This document shows positions 1 through 11,674 of a DNA stretch of 64,000 nt, piece by piece. Positions within the stretch are counted from its first letter, which is position 1; the number at the start of each line of letters is the position of its first letter. The translations under genes and the position numbers were made by a program. The stretch is from Lytechinus pictus (Eukaryota): positions 21,392,001-21,456,000 of the forward strand of contig NC_087245.1 in NCBI RefSeq assembly GCF_037042905.1. The letters are read 5' to 3'. The notes below the pieces were generated by a model. The model did not search any database, was not told the DNA's origin, and saw only the letters and a list, made by a program, of their open reading frames with translations.

Positions 1-765
1 ATTTCATACAATGGGGGTGTTGCAAAGAACAATGTGATTACATTTTATGCAAACAAAATGTTCTGGCTATATGCATCTCTAAATCTGAATATCTGATTTT
101 GAAAGCTATTATATCCTGCATCAATTTTAAGAGACAATTAAATATACTTGAAAAAGAAATTTTCAAATATCTATATATTTCATCCTTGAAAGAATTGGGA
201 CTTTAAATGAAATCATTAGGGCTTTAACATGCCTTTCAAACCACTTCAAATGATAATTAGTCAATAAGCTATTTTCGTGTAATTATAGAAATCAGACACC
301 ATGACTTAATAAATGTGATATTTCAGAGATATATATTATTACAGATTTAAGTTTTGCAATTTAGTAGGTTCAGCATATTTCTGCATTTCAACTGTTGCAT
401 GGCTTATGACAACTCTTTGTTTCAGAGTAGATAAAAGGTATTCAGAAAGAAGGTTTAGGCCCTATACATCTACACTCCATGTTTTAAGCAGATAGAAAAA
501 TTATGTACACATACTTGTATTATTTTAGCAATTTTCTATGTAAGCGACTAGTGCTCAACCTAGAATTACTGTTTTCATCAGACATAAGAACTTGATCATG
601 TTCAAAACATGACTTTATATCATAGCTCAGATGCATTTAAGGATTTTTTTTTCCAAATAAGACAATTTTTCCCCTTTTGAATCAGTTGATTTTCAGTGAC
701 AAAAAACAGAAGACAAGATGGTTGTCACTTTGGGGTGGGGCCTTGTACCTTTTTGACAAAATACC

Positions 766-1305
766 ATCATCATCACATAATCATCATCATCATCATCATC
801 ATCACATAATCATCATCATCATCATCATCATCATCACCATCACCATCACCATCATCATCACCACCATCATAATCATCATCATCACATAATCATCATCATC
901 ATCATCATCATCACATAATCATCATCATCACATAATCATCATCACCATCATCATCACCACCATCATAATTTCCTTCAGCAAGAAACTCATCCACATTGTG
1001 CTGCACTCAACCCAGGTGAGGTGAATGGGTACCCGGTAGGAAGAAATTCCTTGAATGCTTGAGCGCCTAGGCAGCTCAGCTAAAGCCGGGGTAATAATAA
1101 TAGCAGGGCCCGCTGGTAGAACAGTTTTTGAAACTGAAGTGGCTACCCTGGGTAAATATACCTATATTATTATTATTATTATTATTATAATCATCATCAT
1201 CACATAATCATCATCACCATCATCACCATCACCATCATCATCGCCATCATCATCATCACCATCATCACCATCATCATCATCATCACCAACATCATCGTCG
1301 TCAAC
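766..1305. repeat. (CAT/CAC)n microsatellite, interrupted by a SINE
   Basis: Directly visible. Confidence 0.95.
972..1190 (+). mobile_element. 5'-truncated SINE with (ATT)n tail, inside a (CAT)n tract
   Basis: Core shared with 40390-40623; 3' end (ctgaagtggctaccct) shared with 36675-36912. Confidence 0.75.
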
Positions 1306-2010
1306 ATTTTGTGAATACTTATTTCTTAATGGGTGAATCATTGGTAGCGTGCACCATAAACGCTCCATTTTCGTGTTAGGGAACATGCTGTATTATGCTT
1401 GTAGACATACGCCCAATGATTAGGTGTCACCCTTTTATGTGCCCCCCTAGTCTGCCTTCTCTATGAAATTAACCTTGCTATACACAGCAGATTCATGTAT
1501 GTGTTTACAAACTATCCTTCATGTTAATTTAATGGCCAATGAATTGGATCAAATTACATACCGAGAGTACCGGCAGAAAACGAAAGACCTCTAAACCGAA
1601 TGGGTACAGAAAAATGAAGGTGGACAGTTGGGGGGGGGGGCTGATACATCATAAACACACTGTTCTTCGATCTTGTTCATTGTGAGAGATTTAACTTTCT
1701 ACTAACTGTAGTAAGTATTTACACCATAAGAGGACAAGTGCAAAAGTCAGGATTTTGTGAAAAGAGTTCTGATCAAATTCTGATCAATCCATATATATTG
1801 AGATTCCTTAAAATAATATGGTAAAATGCTGACTCTTACAAGGCTCACAAAATAAGTCACCGAACATGGAACCTTGTATACTCTTCCAATTTCCACCTTT
1901 TCTCTTTTTCTTCTCTCAAGCTTTTAAATTACTCTTATCAAATTTTAGTTAGTAGTAATCATACGTATGTACATTTCCACTTGTAAGCGGATGAAGGAAC
2001 CCATGTAAAT

Positions 2011-5000
2011 ATGAGGCGCCGAATGTACCAATATTATATAGAACAATTATTTGTTATATAATCATTATTTATTAAATAATAACTATTATTTATATATAAT
2101 TTACATTTTATTTGTAAATAACTACTATTATATAAAATATCATTTCTAATTATTTATATATAATTCCAAGTAATACTTCATTATTTGTAAATAATAATAG
2201 TTCGACATTCCATTATTTATAAATAATGATTATTTGTTTTTCATTATTTATAAATAATGATTATTCGTTTTTCATTATCTATAAATAATGATTATTTGTT
2301 TTTCATTATTTACAAATAATGATTATTTGTTTTTCATTATTTATAAATAATGATTATTTGTTTTTCATTATTTATAAATAATGATTATTTGTTTTTCATT
2401 ATTTACAAATAATGATTATTTGTTTTTCATTATTTATAAATGATTATTTGTTTTTCATTATTTATAAATAATTTGTTGAGTTTTCCATTATTTATAAATA
2501 ATGATTATTTGTTAAATAATGAAAACGTCTACTTCATTATTTATAAATAATTTTTTCGAGTGCACCATTATTCTCATTATTTATAAATAATCATTATTTA
2601 ATGTTCGAGTTTTCCATTATTTATAAATAAAGATTATTTGTTAAATAATGAAATATCTACTTCATTATTTATAAATAATAATTTTGTTTCAATATCCCAT
2701 TATTTATAAATAATCATTATTTATAAACAATTTTTACAGTTTGCCATTATATACAAATAATCATTATTTATATACAAATAACCATTATTTATTAAATAAT
2801 GCCATTATTTATTAAATAATGGAAAACTCGCTATAACATGCAAATGTGGGACCGCCCATGATATGAATATTCATGATGCGATTTCCTTTTTCGTGATTTT
2901 TCTTCACAAATTTTTGTCCATTTCCTCTTCATAATGAAATTTCTTGAAGCAATTTTCTAGGGATATGGTCTGATTGTAATATTCTTCATTTTCTATATAA
3001 CTTCGTCTTCGTAGAAATATCAAAAAGTGTAATTTTATACGATTTTTCCTACAGTTCACAATCCCCATAGGCGCGCGTGTATCGTAGGGACAACCGGTGA
3101 ATCGACGGAGTGCTCTTCATCGAAATACTACGTTGGTTGGTCCCCGGAAGTGGCGGGCGGAATTTAGCCTGAATCCTCGATGGAAGTCGATCAAGTGCAT
3201 ATGAGCTGAGAGAGTGAAATATCAGTGTACTTGTACAGGCCCTTCTACTTTTTATAAATATTTCTTGTTGCTTTTTTTGTTAAGTTAATTTTTCCTGGTG
3301 TAGAGATAAGTTTCAGTTCTAATAATGCACTTCAAATACATTTTGGAGTGTCTGTTTGAGGCGTTTGGGGCGATTTCACCCTGGCCCCAAAATGCTCGCA
3401 ACGACAATACGGGGGCATGATGACCCCTAATTTTTTAAAAACTTATTTTTCTATTGAAAATTATCACAAAATTCACCAAAAGTGTGCACGAAAGCCTTCG
3501 TATTTCCCTTTTAAAACACCAAAAAGTGCCCAAATGACAAGCTTGGTCGCTTCGCTGTGTCGCTTTCAACTTGAGAAAGTTTACGCGTCTGCTTCCCCCC
3601 CCCCCCTCCTCCGAAAGAAATTCTGTATACGGCCATGCTCTAAAGAGCCTGGCACATTGATTTATGTATACTTCATTTTCATTATTTTTATCTCATTATC
3701 ATCATGGCCTTACGCAGAATTTTTTCCGGGGGGGGGGCCGGTGGGGGGAGCAGGACGCGCGTAAACTTTCTCATAAAAATCTTGAAAAAGCGAAGCGACC
3801 AAGCTTATCATTTGAGCTTGGTCGCGTCGCTGTCTCGCTTTCAAGATTTTTTTGAGAAACTTTACGCGCGTCCTAGCTGCTCCCCCCCCCCCCCCCCGGT
3901 AAAAATTCTGTGTAAGGCCATGATGATAATGTGATAAAAATAATGAAAATGAAAAGTACATATAAATCAATGTGCCATATGCTCTTTTGAGCATGGCTGT
4001 TCACAGAATTTCTTTCGGGGGGTGGGGGCAGACGCGTGTAAACGTTCTCAAGTTGAAAGCGAGACAGCGAAGCGACAAAGCTTGTCATTTGGGCTTGGTC
4101 CCGTGGCTGTCTCGCTTTCAAGATTTTTTTGAGAAAGTTTACGCGCGTCATGCTCCGGCCCCGGCCCCCCTGGAAAAAATTCTGCGTAAGGCCATGTTGA
4201 TAATGAGATAAAAATAATGAAAATGAAAGTATACATAAATCAATGTGCCAGGCTCTTTAGAGCATGGCCGTATACAGAATTTCTTTCGGAGGAGGGGGGG
4301 GGAAGCAGACGCGTAAACGTTCTCAAGTTGAAAGCGACACAGCGAAGCGACCAAGCTTGTCATTTGGGCACTTTTCGGAGTTTTAAAAGTGAAATACGAA
4401 GGCTTTCGTGCACACTTTTGGTGAATTTTGTGATAATTTTCAATAGAAAAATAAGTTTTTAAAAATTTAGGGGTCATCATGCCCCCGTATTGTCGTTGCG
4501 AGCATTTTGGGGCCAGGGTGAAATCGCCCCAAACGCCTCAAACAGACACTCCAAAATGTATTTGAAGTGCATTATTAGAACTGAAACTTATCTCTACACC
4601 AGGAAAAATTAACTTAACAAAAAAAGCAACAAGAAATATTTATAAAAAGTAGAAGGGCCTGTACAAGTACACTGATATTTCACTCTCTCAGCTCATATGC
4701 ACTTGATCGACTTCCATCGAGGATTCGGGCTAAATTCCGCCCGCCACTTCCGGGGACCAACCAACGTAGTATTTCGATGAAGAGCACTCCGTCGATTCAC
4801 CGGTTGTCCCTACCGTACACGCGCGCCTATGGGGATTGTGAACTGTAGGAAAAATCGTATAAAATTACACTTTTTGATATTTCTACGAAGACGAAGTTAT
4901 ATAGAAAATGAAGAATATTACAATCAGACCATATCCCTAGAAAATTGCTTCAAGAAATGTCATTATGACGAGGAAATGGACAAAAATTTGTGAAGAAAAA

Positions 5001-5925
5001 TCACGAAAAAGGAAATCGCATCATGAATATTCATATCATGGGCGGTCCCACATTTGCATGTTATAGCGAGTTTTCCATTATTAAATAATGCCATTATTTA
5101 TTAAATAATGCCATTATTTATTAAATAATGGCATTATTTAATAAATAATGGTTATTTGTATATAAATAATGATTATTTGTATATAATGGCAAACTGTAAA
5201 AATTGTTTATAAATAATGATTATTTATAAATAATGGGATATTGAAACAAAATTATTATTTATAAATAATGAAGTAGATATTTCATTATTTAACAAATAAT
5301 CTTTATTTATAAATAATGGAAAACTCGAACATTAAATAATGATTATTTATAAATAATGAGAATAATGGTGCACTCGAAAAAATTATTTATAAATAATGAA
5401 GTAGACGTTTTCATTATTTAACAAATAATCATTATTTATAAATAATGGAAAACTCAACAAATTATTTATAAATAATGAAAAACAAATAATCATTATTTAT
5501 AAATAATGAAAAACAAATAATCATTATTTGTAAATAATGAAAAACAAATAATCATTATTTATAAATAATGAAAAACAAATAATCATTATTTATAAATAAT
5601 GAAAAACAAATAATCATTATTTATAAATAATGAAAAACAAATAATCATTATTTATAAATAATGAAAAACAAATAATCATTATTTATAAATAATGAAAAAC
5701 AAATAATCATTATTTATAAATAATGGAATGTCGAACTATTATTATTTACAAATAATGAAGTATTACTTGGAATTATATATAAATAATTAGAAATGATATT
5801 TTATATAATAGTAGTTATTTACAAATAAAATGTAAATTATATATAAATAATAGTTATTATTTAATAAATAATGATTATATAACAAATAATTGTTCTATAT
5901 AATATTGGTACATTCGGCGCCTCAT
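2011..5925. mobile_element. TU/foldback-type non-autonomous DNA transposon, about 3.9 kb palindrome
   Basis: Termini ATGAGGCGCCGAATGTACC.../...GGTACATTCGGCGCCTCAT; 8-bp TSD ATGTAAAT (2003-2010, 5926-5933). Arms are about 1.8 kb, each with an outer AT-rich tandem-repeat domain and a non-repetitive inner domain. Confidence 0.92.
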
Positions 5926-7056
5926 ATGTAAATGCCCAATATAGTGTGTCTAAAAAATCTAGAATTCCAAGTACTTTGGAAAAACCTACATTCCTGTTTT
6001 GATTAAATGAGTTGAATCTACGTCTTGATGTTAAGTGCGACTAAAGGGATAAATACTTAATAACAACAATTTCCTACAGGAAACATTCTGAAATCCTTTA
6101 CTTTCCTGTTAAAGACTCAGATGGTCTCAATAATTCCCATTCTTCGTACAAAGGGGAATTTGTGAACTTGCATGGAGCTTAAAGGGTATGAATGCATATC
6201 GGAGACTCCTATCTGCATTTAAAAATGAAAAGAGACCCTGTAAAATGATATTCTACACACCTTGGTTCAGATTCAAGAAGTTAATTTTAACCACCTTTGG
6301 CAATTTTCTTTGCTTATATGTAAGATTTTAAACATTTCTTTTTATACAACTCTTACTTTTCATAAAAGTCATCCTAAATATGACTTGTAAAACTGACAAT
6401 CAAATTATAACTATGCTATTTAAAAAACGTTAAAAAGGAACATCTGTGCATAAGCTTATTATATGTTAAAAACATGTGAAATATAATTTTAAACTATTAT
6501 CGATGCAACAAATTTCTTTAAAATTACCATCTTTATGAGGCTTAGTAAATTGTATCATCATAGAATAAGAATGCAAATTTGAATGATTACAGCTGATAAA
6601 GAACATTTGTTTTCTCTATCTCTACTGGTCTGATTTGTTTATTACAAATAAAAAATTTCAATACTGATATAGACCTACTTATAATGATTTATCATTTACA
6701 GCTGCAGTGGCAAAGATATTCATTATGATGAGATTATCATAAATCATATTTCAGGCTAGCTAATCTTTAATACATAGTGAAGATGCATAACACTGAAAAG
6801 AATTTGAATTTAACATAATTTGACCACACTTGTGAGTACATATGGACCACATATAGTGTTTGTATGTGATTACACTTAGCTGTCCAATTATGTGCATTCT
6901 CACACTGCGCGAGGCCCTTTGATTATGTGTATTCATGCACTGCCTGGCACTACAGAGCATGAATACGAGTGAGTACCACTCCTGCAGCTGCAGTGCATTA
7001 CAATATACAACTTCTCGGTGACATTTCGAGGCAGAGGTTCACCTAACTGTAAGGCA

Positions 7057-7071
7057 CCAGTAGAGGGCAGC
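7057..7071 (+). promoter_or_regulatory. CTCF consensus match
   Basis: CCAGTAGAGGGCAGC fits CCASYAGRKGGCRS. Confidence 0.45.
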
Positions 7072-7472
7072 AGATAAGCTATATAATGCTATTATTGGGA
7101 TGATGTAAGGCGATGAGTATGAGTGATGACATTGTGCTACAAATGAAATGACAATATACTAGCATTAAGTTGAAGTACGATTGCTTCTAGGAAATGGTCA
7201 TGTACCAGTTACATTGTAGCTTTCTAAAATCTAAGCACATTGCTCCATTAATGGAATAAAAAGCAGATATCTGATACTGGCCATCATATAAGAGCCCTGG
7301 CCGTTTACCAAATAACAACAGGGAAGCCAAAAATATTTGTAAAAACTTAAGAAAATCATTCATGGACCCTTTTTAAAAGAAAATAGCAGGGTAACGATGT
7401 AGCTAAAGATCAGTTAAAGGCAGAGGCCTTATAAACAAATTTCTCTTTTATAATGAAAATTGAAACCAAGTA

Positions 7473-7724
7473 AAGGGGTGTATCTCACTGAGCAGCAAAT
7501 GCTTGCCAACATAGCTAGATTTTGCCAGGGTTCATAATAGGTTGTAAAAGGTTTGTAAAATTTAAAACAAAGTTAGTAAACAGTTTTTCTTGAAACAAAG
7601 AAATTTTGAACATGTTCAGAATCTCTTTTTCCACAAACAGACAATATCGCGTAAGTTCTCTTTTATTCGCCAATAATAGCAACCCAATGTTCCTAATCAT
7701 TCGCCGCTCAGTGAGATACCCCTT
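7473..7724. mobile_element. MITE
   Basis: AGGGGTGTATCTCACTGAGC / GCTCAGTGAGATACCCCT inverted termini. Confidence 0.7.
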
Positions 7725-7876
7725 ATAAAAAAAAATCCCTTCTCATGTAGTATTAACTGAGCATGTTTTTGAAGAGGGTTTTTTTCAACTGGCAATTTGG
7801 AAGGTTGACCATTCGTCCATAGTATCCAATGCAATAAATGAATGCATTTATCACCACAATCATTCTATCTCTGATT

Positions 7877-8362
7877 TTAAGCAAAGATACTATATACATG
7901 TACATGTACAAGGGGAAGATTGGACAGTACATAGTCATAGAGCGCACAATGATACGCTTGGGAAGAGAGCCCTACAGCGCTGAGTAAGTAACAACCTTTT
8001 TTTACCTTTGCGTATCACGATATGGTTGTGTACAAAACATATGAGAGAAATGGTGAAGGGGTGAAGGAATAGACGATTTTTACTTAAAAAAAAAATTATT
8101 TAATTTGTTTTCCTTTTATAAAGATGAATATATTTCAGAGGTTGCTGGGTAATAAAAGACAGAATTATTCCCATGTGCCGCCCTTGAGACCTCTCGAAAA
8201 TCCCCTCTCTCATTTTCCCAAATGTTTCATACCCAGCCGCGTGCAGATGTGCGATGGTTTACTTACTCAGCGCTAGAGGGCGCCTTCCCCATGAGCATTA
8301 ATCAAGCGTTTCAAAAATTCGCCAAAGTATCCCATCTTACCCTTGTAGTATCTTTGTTTTAA
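7877..8362. mobile_element. TTAA-flanked MITE (Kolobok-like)
   Basis: CAAAGATACTA..CAAGGGGAAGAT versus ATCTTACCCTTGTAGTATCTTTG, plus an inner inverted repeat agcgctgagtaagtaa / ttacttactcagcgct. Confidence 0.7.
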
Positions 8363-9403
8363 GGTACAGAAAATTGGAAAAGATTAGGGGAACTTTGTGG
8401 AAAAGCTGATGATAAATAAGAATGGGGTGTTTTAAAAACACCTCATTAAATAACACTCCTTTCATTGACTCATCCTCACATGTTCAGCAACAGAAAAATC
8501 TGGAAGCATCAATAATAACTGTGTCCACTTTTTTTGAAATAGTCTACATTTATTCAAGCACAGTAATCACGCTGATTAATTCCATTTTCCATGATATGAT
8601 CTGGTGCACCAAAGATTGTAGGCAATAGAGGGATCAAAATAATTGGTCTTCTAAGAAAAAAAAAGTGAATTTTGGTATAACTACGATGGCTACAGTTGAC
8701 AGGAATGTTTGGAAGCTTTCTGCGATCTCCTTGACCCTTGACAACACATTTGTGGTATTCTTATGAAAAGTGGAAAAATTTGTTACCTGTAATCTCTCTT
8801 GATAACATGTTAAAAATATTGCATTGTGGGTAAGAAGAATTAAGTGCTGCAGTGTAAAATCATGAATGGAATGAGTAATTCAGGGCACTAGATATTGCAT
8901 AAAATTTAAAATCATGTTGGTTTTGCCATCCAGTTCTAACAGAAAATCAAAATAAATGTTTCCATGGAGTTAACTAAAAGTTACCATCAAACCTGGCTCA
9001 AGCTAATGCTATTCAAGGTGTAAGGCCTCTGTTACATATGTATATATGCATCAGCCCTGGCGCCAGCTTTAGAGCCGCCTTATTGCCTGCAATTTGAAGC
9101 CGTCTCAAGACCATTATACCCCTGTATACATGGTCTGAGGCCTACAATAATATCTGTGAAAGTCAGCTTCATGCATGTTGCCTATACACATGACACGAGT
9201 CACCTGACTTTTCATGTTAGCATTGTGCATTGTTTGTAGATATAACTATTGTTCGCTAGCTACCACGTTACAAATTTAAGCCAGCCCGAGTCCACTTCGG
9301 GGTTATATACCGATTGCCATATTGAGGCCGGACTCAGGCCAGCTTCAAATCACATCCAGAGGTGCACTCGATCCCGGCTGGTGACAGTGCGGCTTGTTCT
9401 TAA

Positions 9404-9997
9404 AGGACAAGTCCACCCCAACAAAAAATTGATTTGAATAAAAAGAGAAAAATCCAACAAGCAAAACACTGAAAATTTCATCAAATCGGATGTAAAATAA
9501 GAAAGTTATGACATTTTAAAGTTTCGCTTAATTTCCCAAAACAGTTATATGCACATCCTGGTTGATATGCAAATGAGGGGACTGATGACGTCACCCACTC
9601 ACTGCTTCTTTTGTATTTTATTATATGAAATATTCTTATTTTCTCCCCCTTGTCATGTGAAATCGAGTTTGTTCCTTCCTGAACATGTGGAATTAACATT
9701 GTTTAACATTATGTGGTTCAGTTAAGTTGGTCCTAAATGTCCAATTGGTAAAAATTGAAATATTGTATAATTCAAACAATAAAAAACAAAAGAAGTAGTG
9801 AGTGATGGACATCATCAACTCTCTCATTTGCATGTTACTGAGTTGTGCATGTAACTGTTTCGAGAAAACTAAGTGAGACTTTAAAATGTCATAACTTTCT
9901 TATTTTACATCCGATTTTGATGAGGTTTTCAGCATTATGCTTTTTGGATTTTTCTCTATTGATTCAAATCAACTTTTTTATGGGGTGGACTTGACCT
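9404..9997. mobile_element. Kolobok-type MITE, family A copy 1
   Basis: TTAA TSDs, termini AGGACAAGTCCACCCCA / TGGGGTGGACTTGACCT, long imperfect TIR. Confidence 0.85.
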
Positions 9998-11059
9998 TTA
10001 AATAGGGGGTGTTACACATACATTGTGCCGTCCCCGGGGTCGGCCTCAGTCTGCTTTTGATGCATGTGCAACAGGGATCTATCGCAATGTTGGCTTAATA
10101 CCAGACTGATAAAATCCTTTGCTAATCATCATCCCATAGCATGAATGAATGGCAGATGAAAGACTGAAATCCAACCTAAAGTAGGTGATAGGATTCGCCT
10201 TGTTCCAAAAGCATGACCATGCATAACTTATTCACCTTGAGGCAACACTAGCAATCATGTAATCATGTTAAATGTAGTTTGCACAGACACTCAGCACCCC
10301 TACGTCTTAATGGAATAACACTCATTGCGGTTGTAATGAATGCATAATTTAGTGAAGTGACGCTTCATTTCAAAAGTTACTTAAGAACATTGGGTAAACG
10401 GCAATATCATTGAGATTGTGGAAGGAAATGTTAGTCTTTAAAACTAGGTACTATGAATTTATGCATTAAACGTGACAATAGTGTTGAATTCAATTTCTTT
10501 CATAATTGCTCATGTGACCATTGGTGGAGCCCAACATTTGTTCGCACATGTTTGCAACAATCATCCCTAGTCACACAAACAAACAAACTGAGAAAGCTCC
10601 TTCAAGAAAACTGTAACTGTTCAATGTGACTTTTTACTGAAAGATTTTCCTCACATTCAAAACACATTACATGTAAGTGTTGTGACCATCATGTCATTTT
10701 TATTGACAGTTTCTTTGTGCAAATAGATCTTAAAAACAATAGCACCTCCTCTTGGCAATGTAGGTAGTAACCGCATACCTACATGTAATAAGTAATTACA
10801 AATATTTGATCCTGAAATTTTCTGCCATACTATGCTTGAAAAAAATATTTTAAGAACATATGTATTTTTCAATTTGTTCATGGACCAGACAAAAACACAA
10901 TTCAAATTTCAGTGTCAAATATCAGATTTTAAGTATTTTGTGATGAGTTTTTCATTATTTAACATCTAATGAATTAAAAAAACTTTAAAAATGAATAACA
11001 AATCAAAATACTGTTCATGGAATTTTGACAAATCAAAATACTGTTCTTAAAGTCTAGTA

Positions 11060-11674
11060 TAGTGGTGATAGAAAGTTAGTCAGGGTTCCCAGCTTTTCAA
11101 GAAAACAGAATTCTCAGATTTTTCCCTGATAAGTATTTAAACCCATTCCCAGTTTCGCATTTTTTCTATTAAGTTGTTGCAGTGAATTATACATATTTTG
11201 AGTATAAAAAAAATAGTGTAAAACTAATAAGTACCACCATAACCAGTCATTCAATGGATGTTGTTTTGATATGTAAGTTCAGTCTGACTGACTACCGTCC
11301 TTTCGACTTTTTGGCTGATCAAAATTCCCCCATATTTCCCCATTTGAGGCATTTCCCCCTGATTTTAGGTATTTTTAAAATCAAATTCCCTGACTGGAAA
11401 AAAGTAAAACAATTTTCCCTGATTTCCCTTATTTCCCCGATGGGCTGGGAACGCTGTAAAATAGTGAACCCCACCAGAAAATACACTCCTTTATACTGAG
11501 TGTTGAATGAAGAAAATACCACAATAATGTTCGTCAAGCCCAGAGAAACAAACTTTGTTGAATGTAATATCTTTTTACCTGAATTCACAATTCAATATCT
11601 AAAACATGGCAGAACTTGAACACTTAAAATATGTTCATTTTCTGGTGGGGTTCACTAACCTTTTAGCACAACTG
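11060..11674. mobile_element. Tc1/mariner-type MITE interrupted by a hAT-like MITE
   Basis: The right end reads ta-CAGTTGTGCTAAAAGGTTAGTGAACCCCACCAGAAAAT on the minus strand. The left counterpart is split between 11060-11080 and 11462-11482. Confidence 0.65.
11081..11456. mobile_element. hAT-like MITE
   Basis: CAGGGTTCCCAGC / GCTGGGAACGCTG termini, TTCCCTGA subterminal repeats, degenerate TSD. Confidence 0.7.

Noticed and set aside
677..1386. Poly-His/Ile and poly-Asp ORFs
   Set aside because: These are translations of the (CAT)n microsatellite.
1562..1652. Minus-strand MMYQPPPPTVHLHF... followed by a gtatgt donor
   Set aside because: The donor is phase 1, incompatible with the expected phase-0 next exon unless the poly-C length is an error.
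2180..2830. Regularly spaced palindromic repeats that superficially resemble a CRISPR array
   Set aside because: The spacers are not unique, the context is eukaryotic, there are no cas genes, and the repeats are part of the foldback outer domain.
3417..4480. Mirror-image ORF pairs
   Set aside because: They are a by-product of the palindrome and show no transposase motifs.
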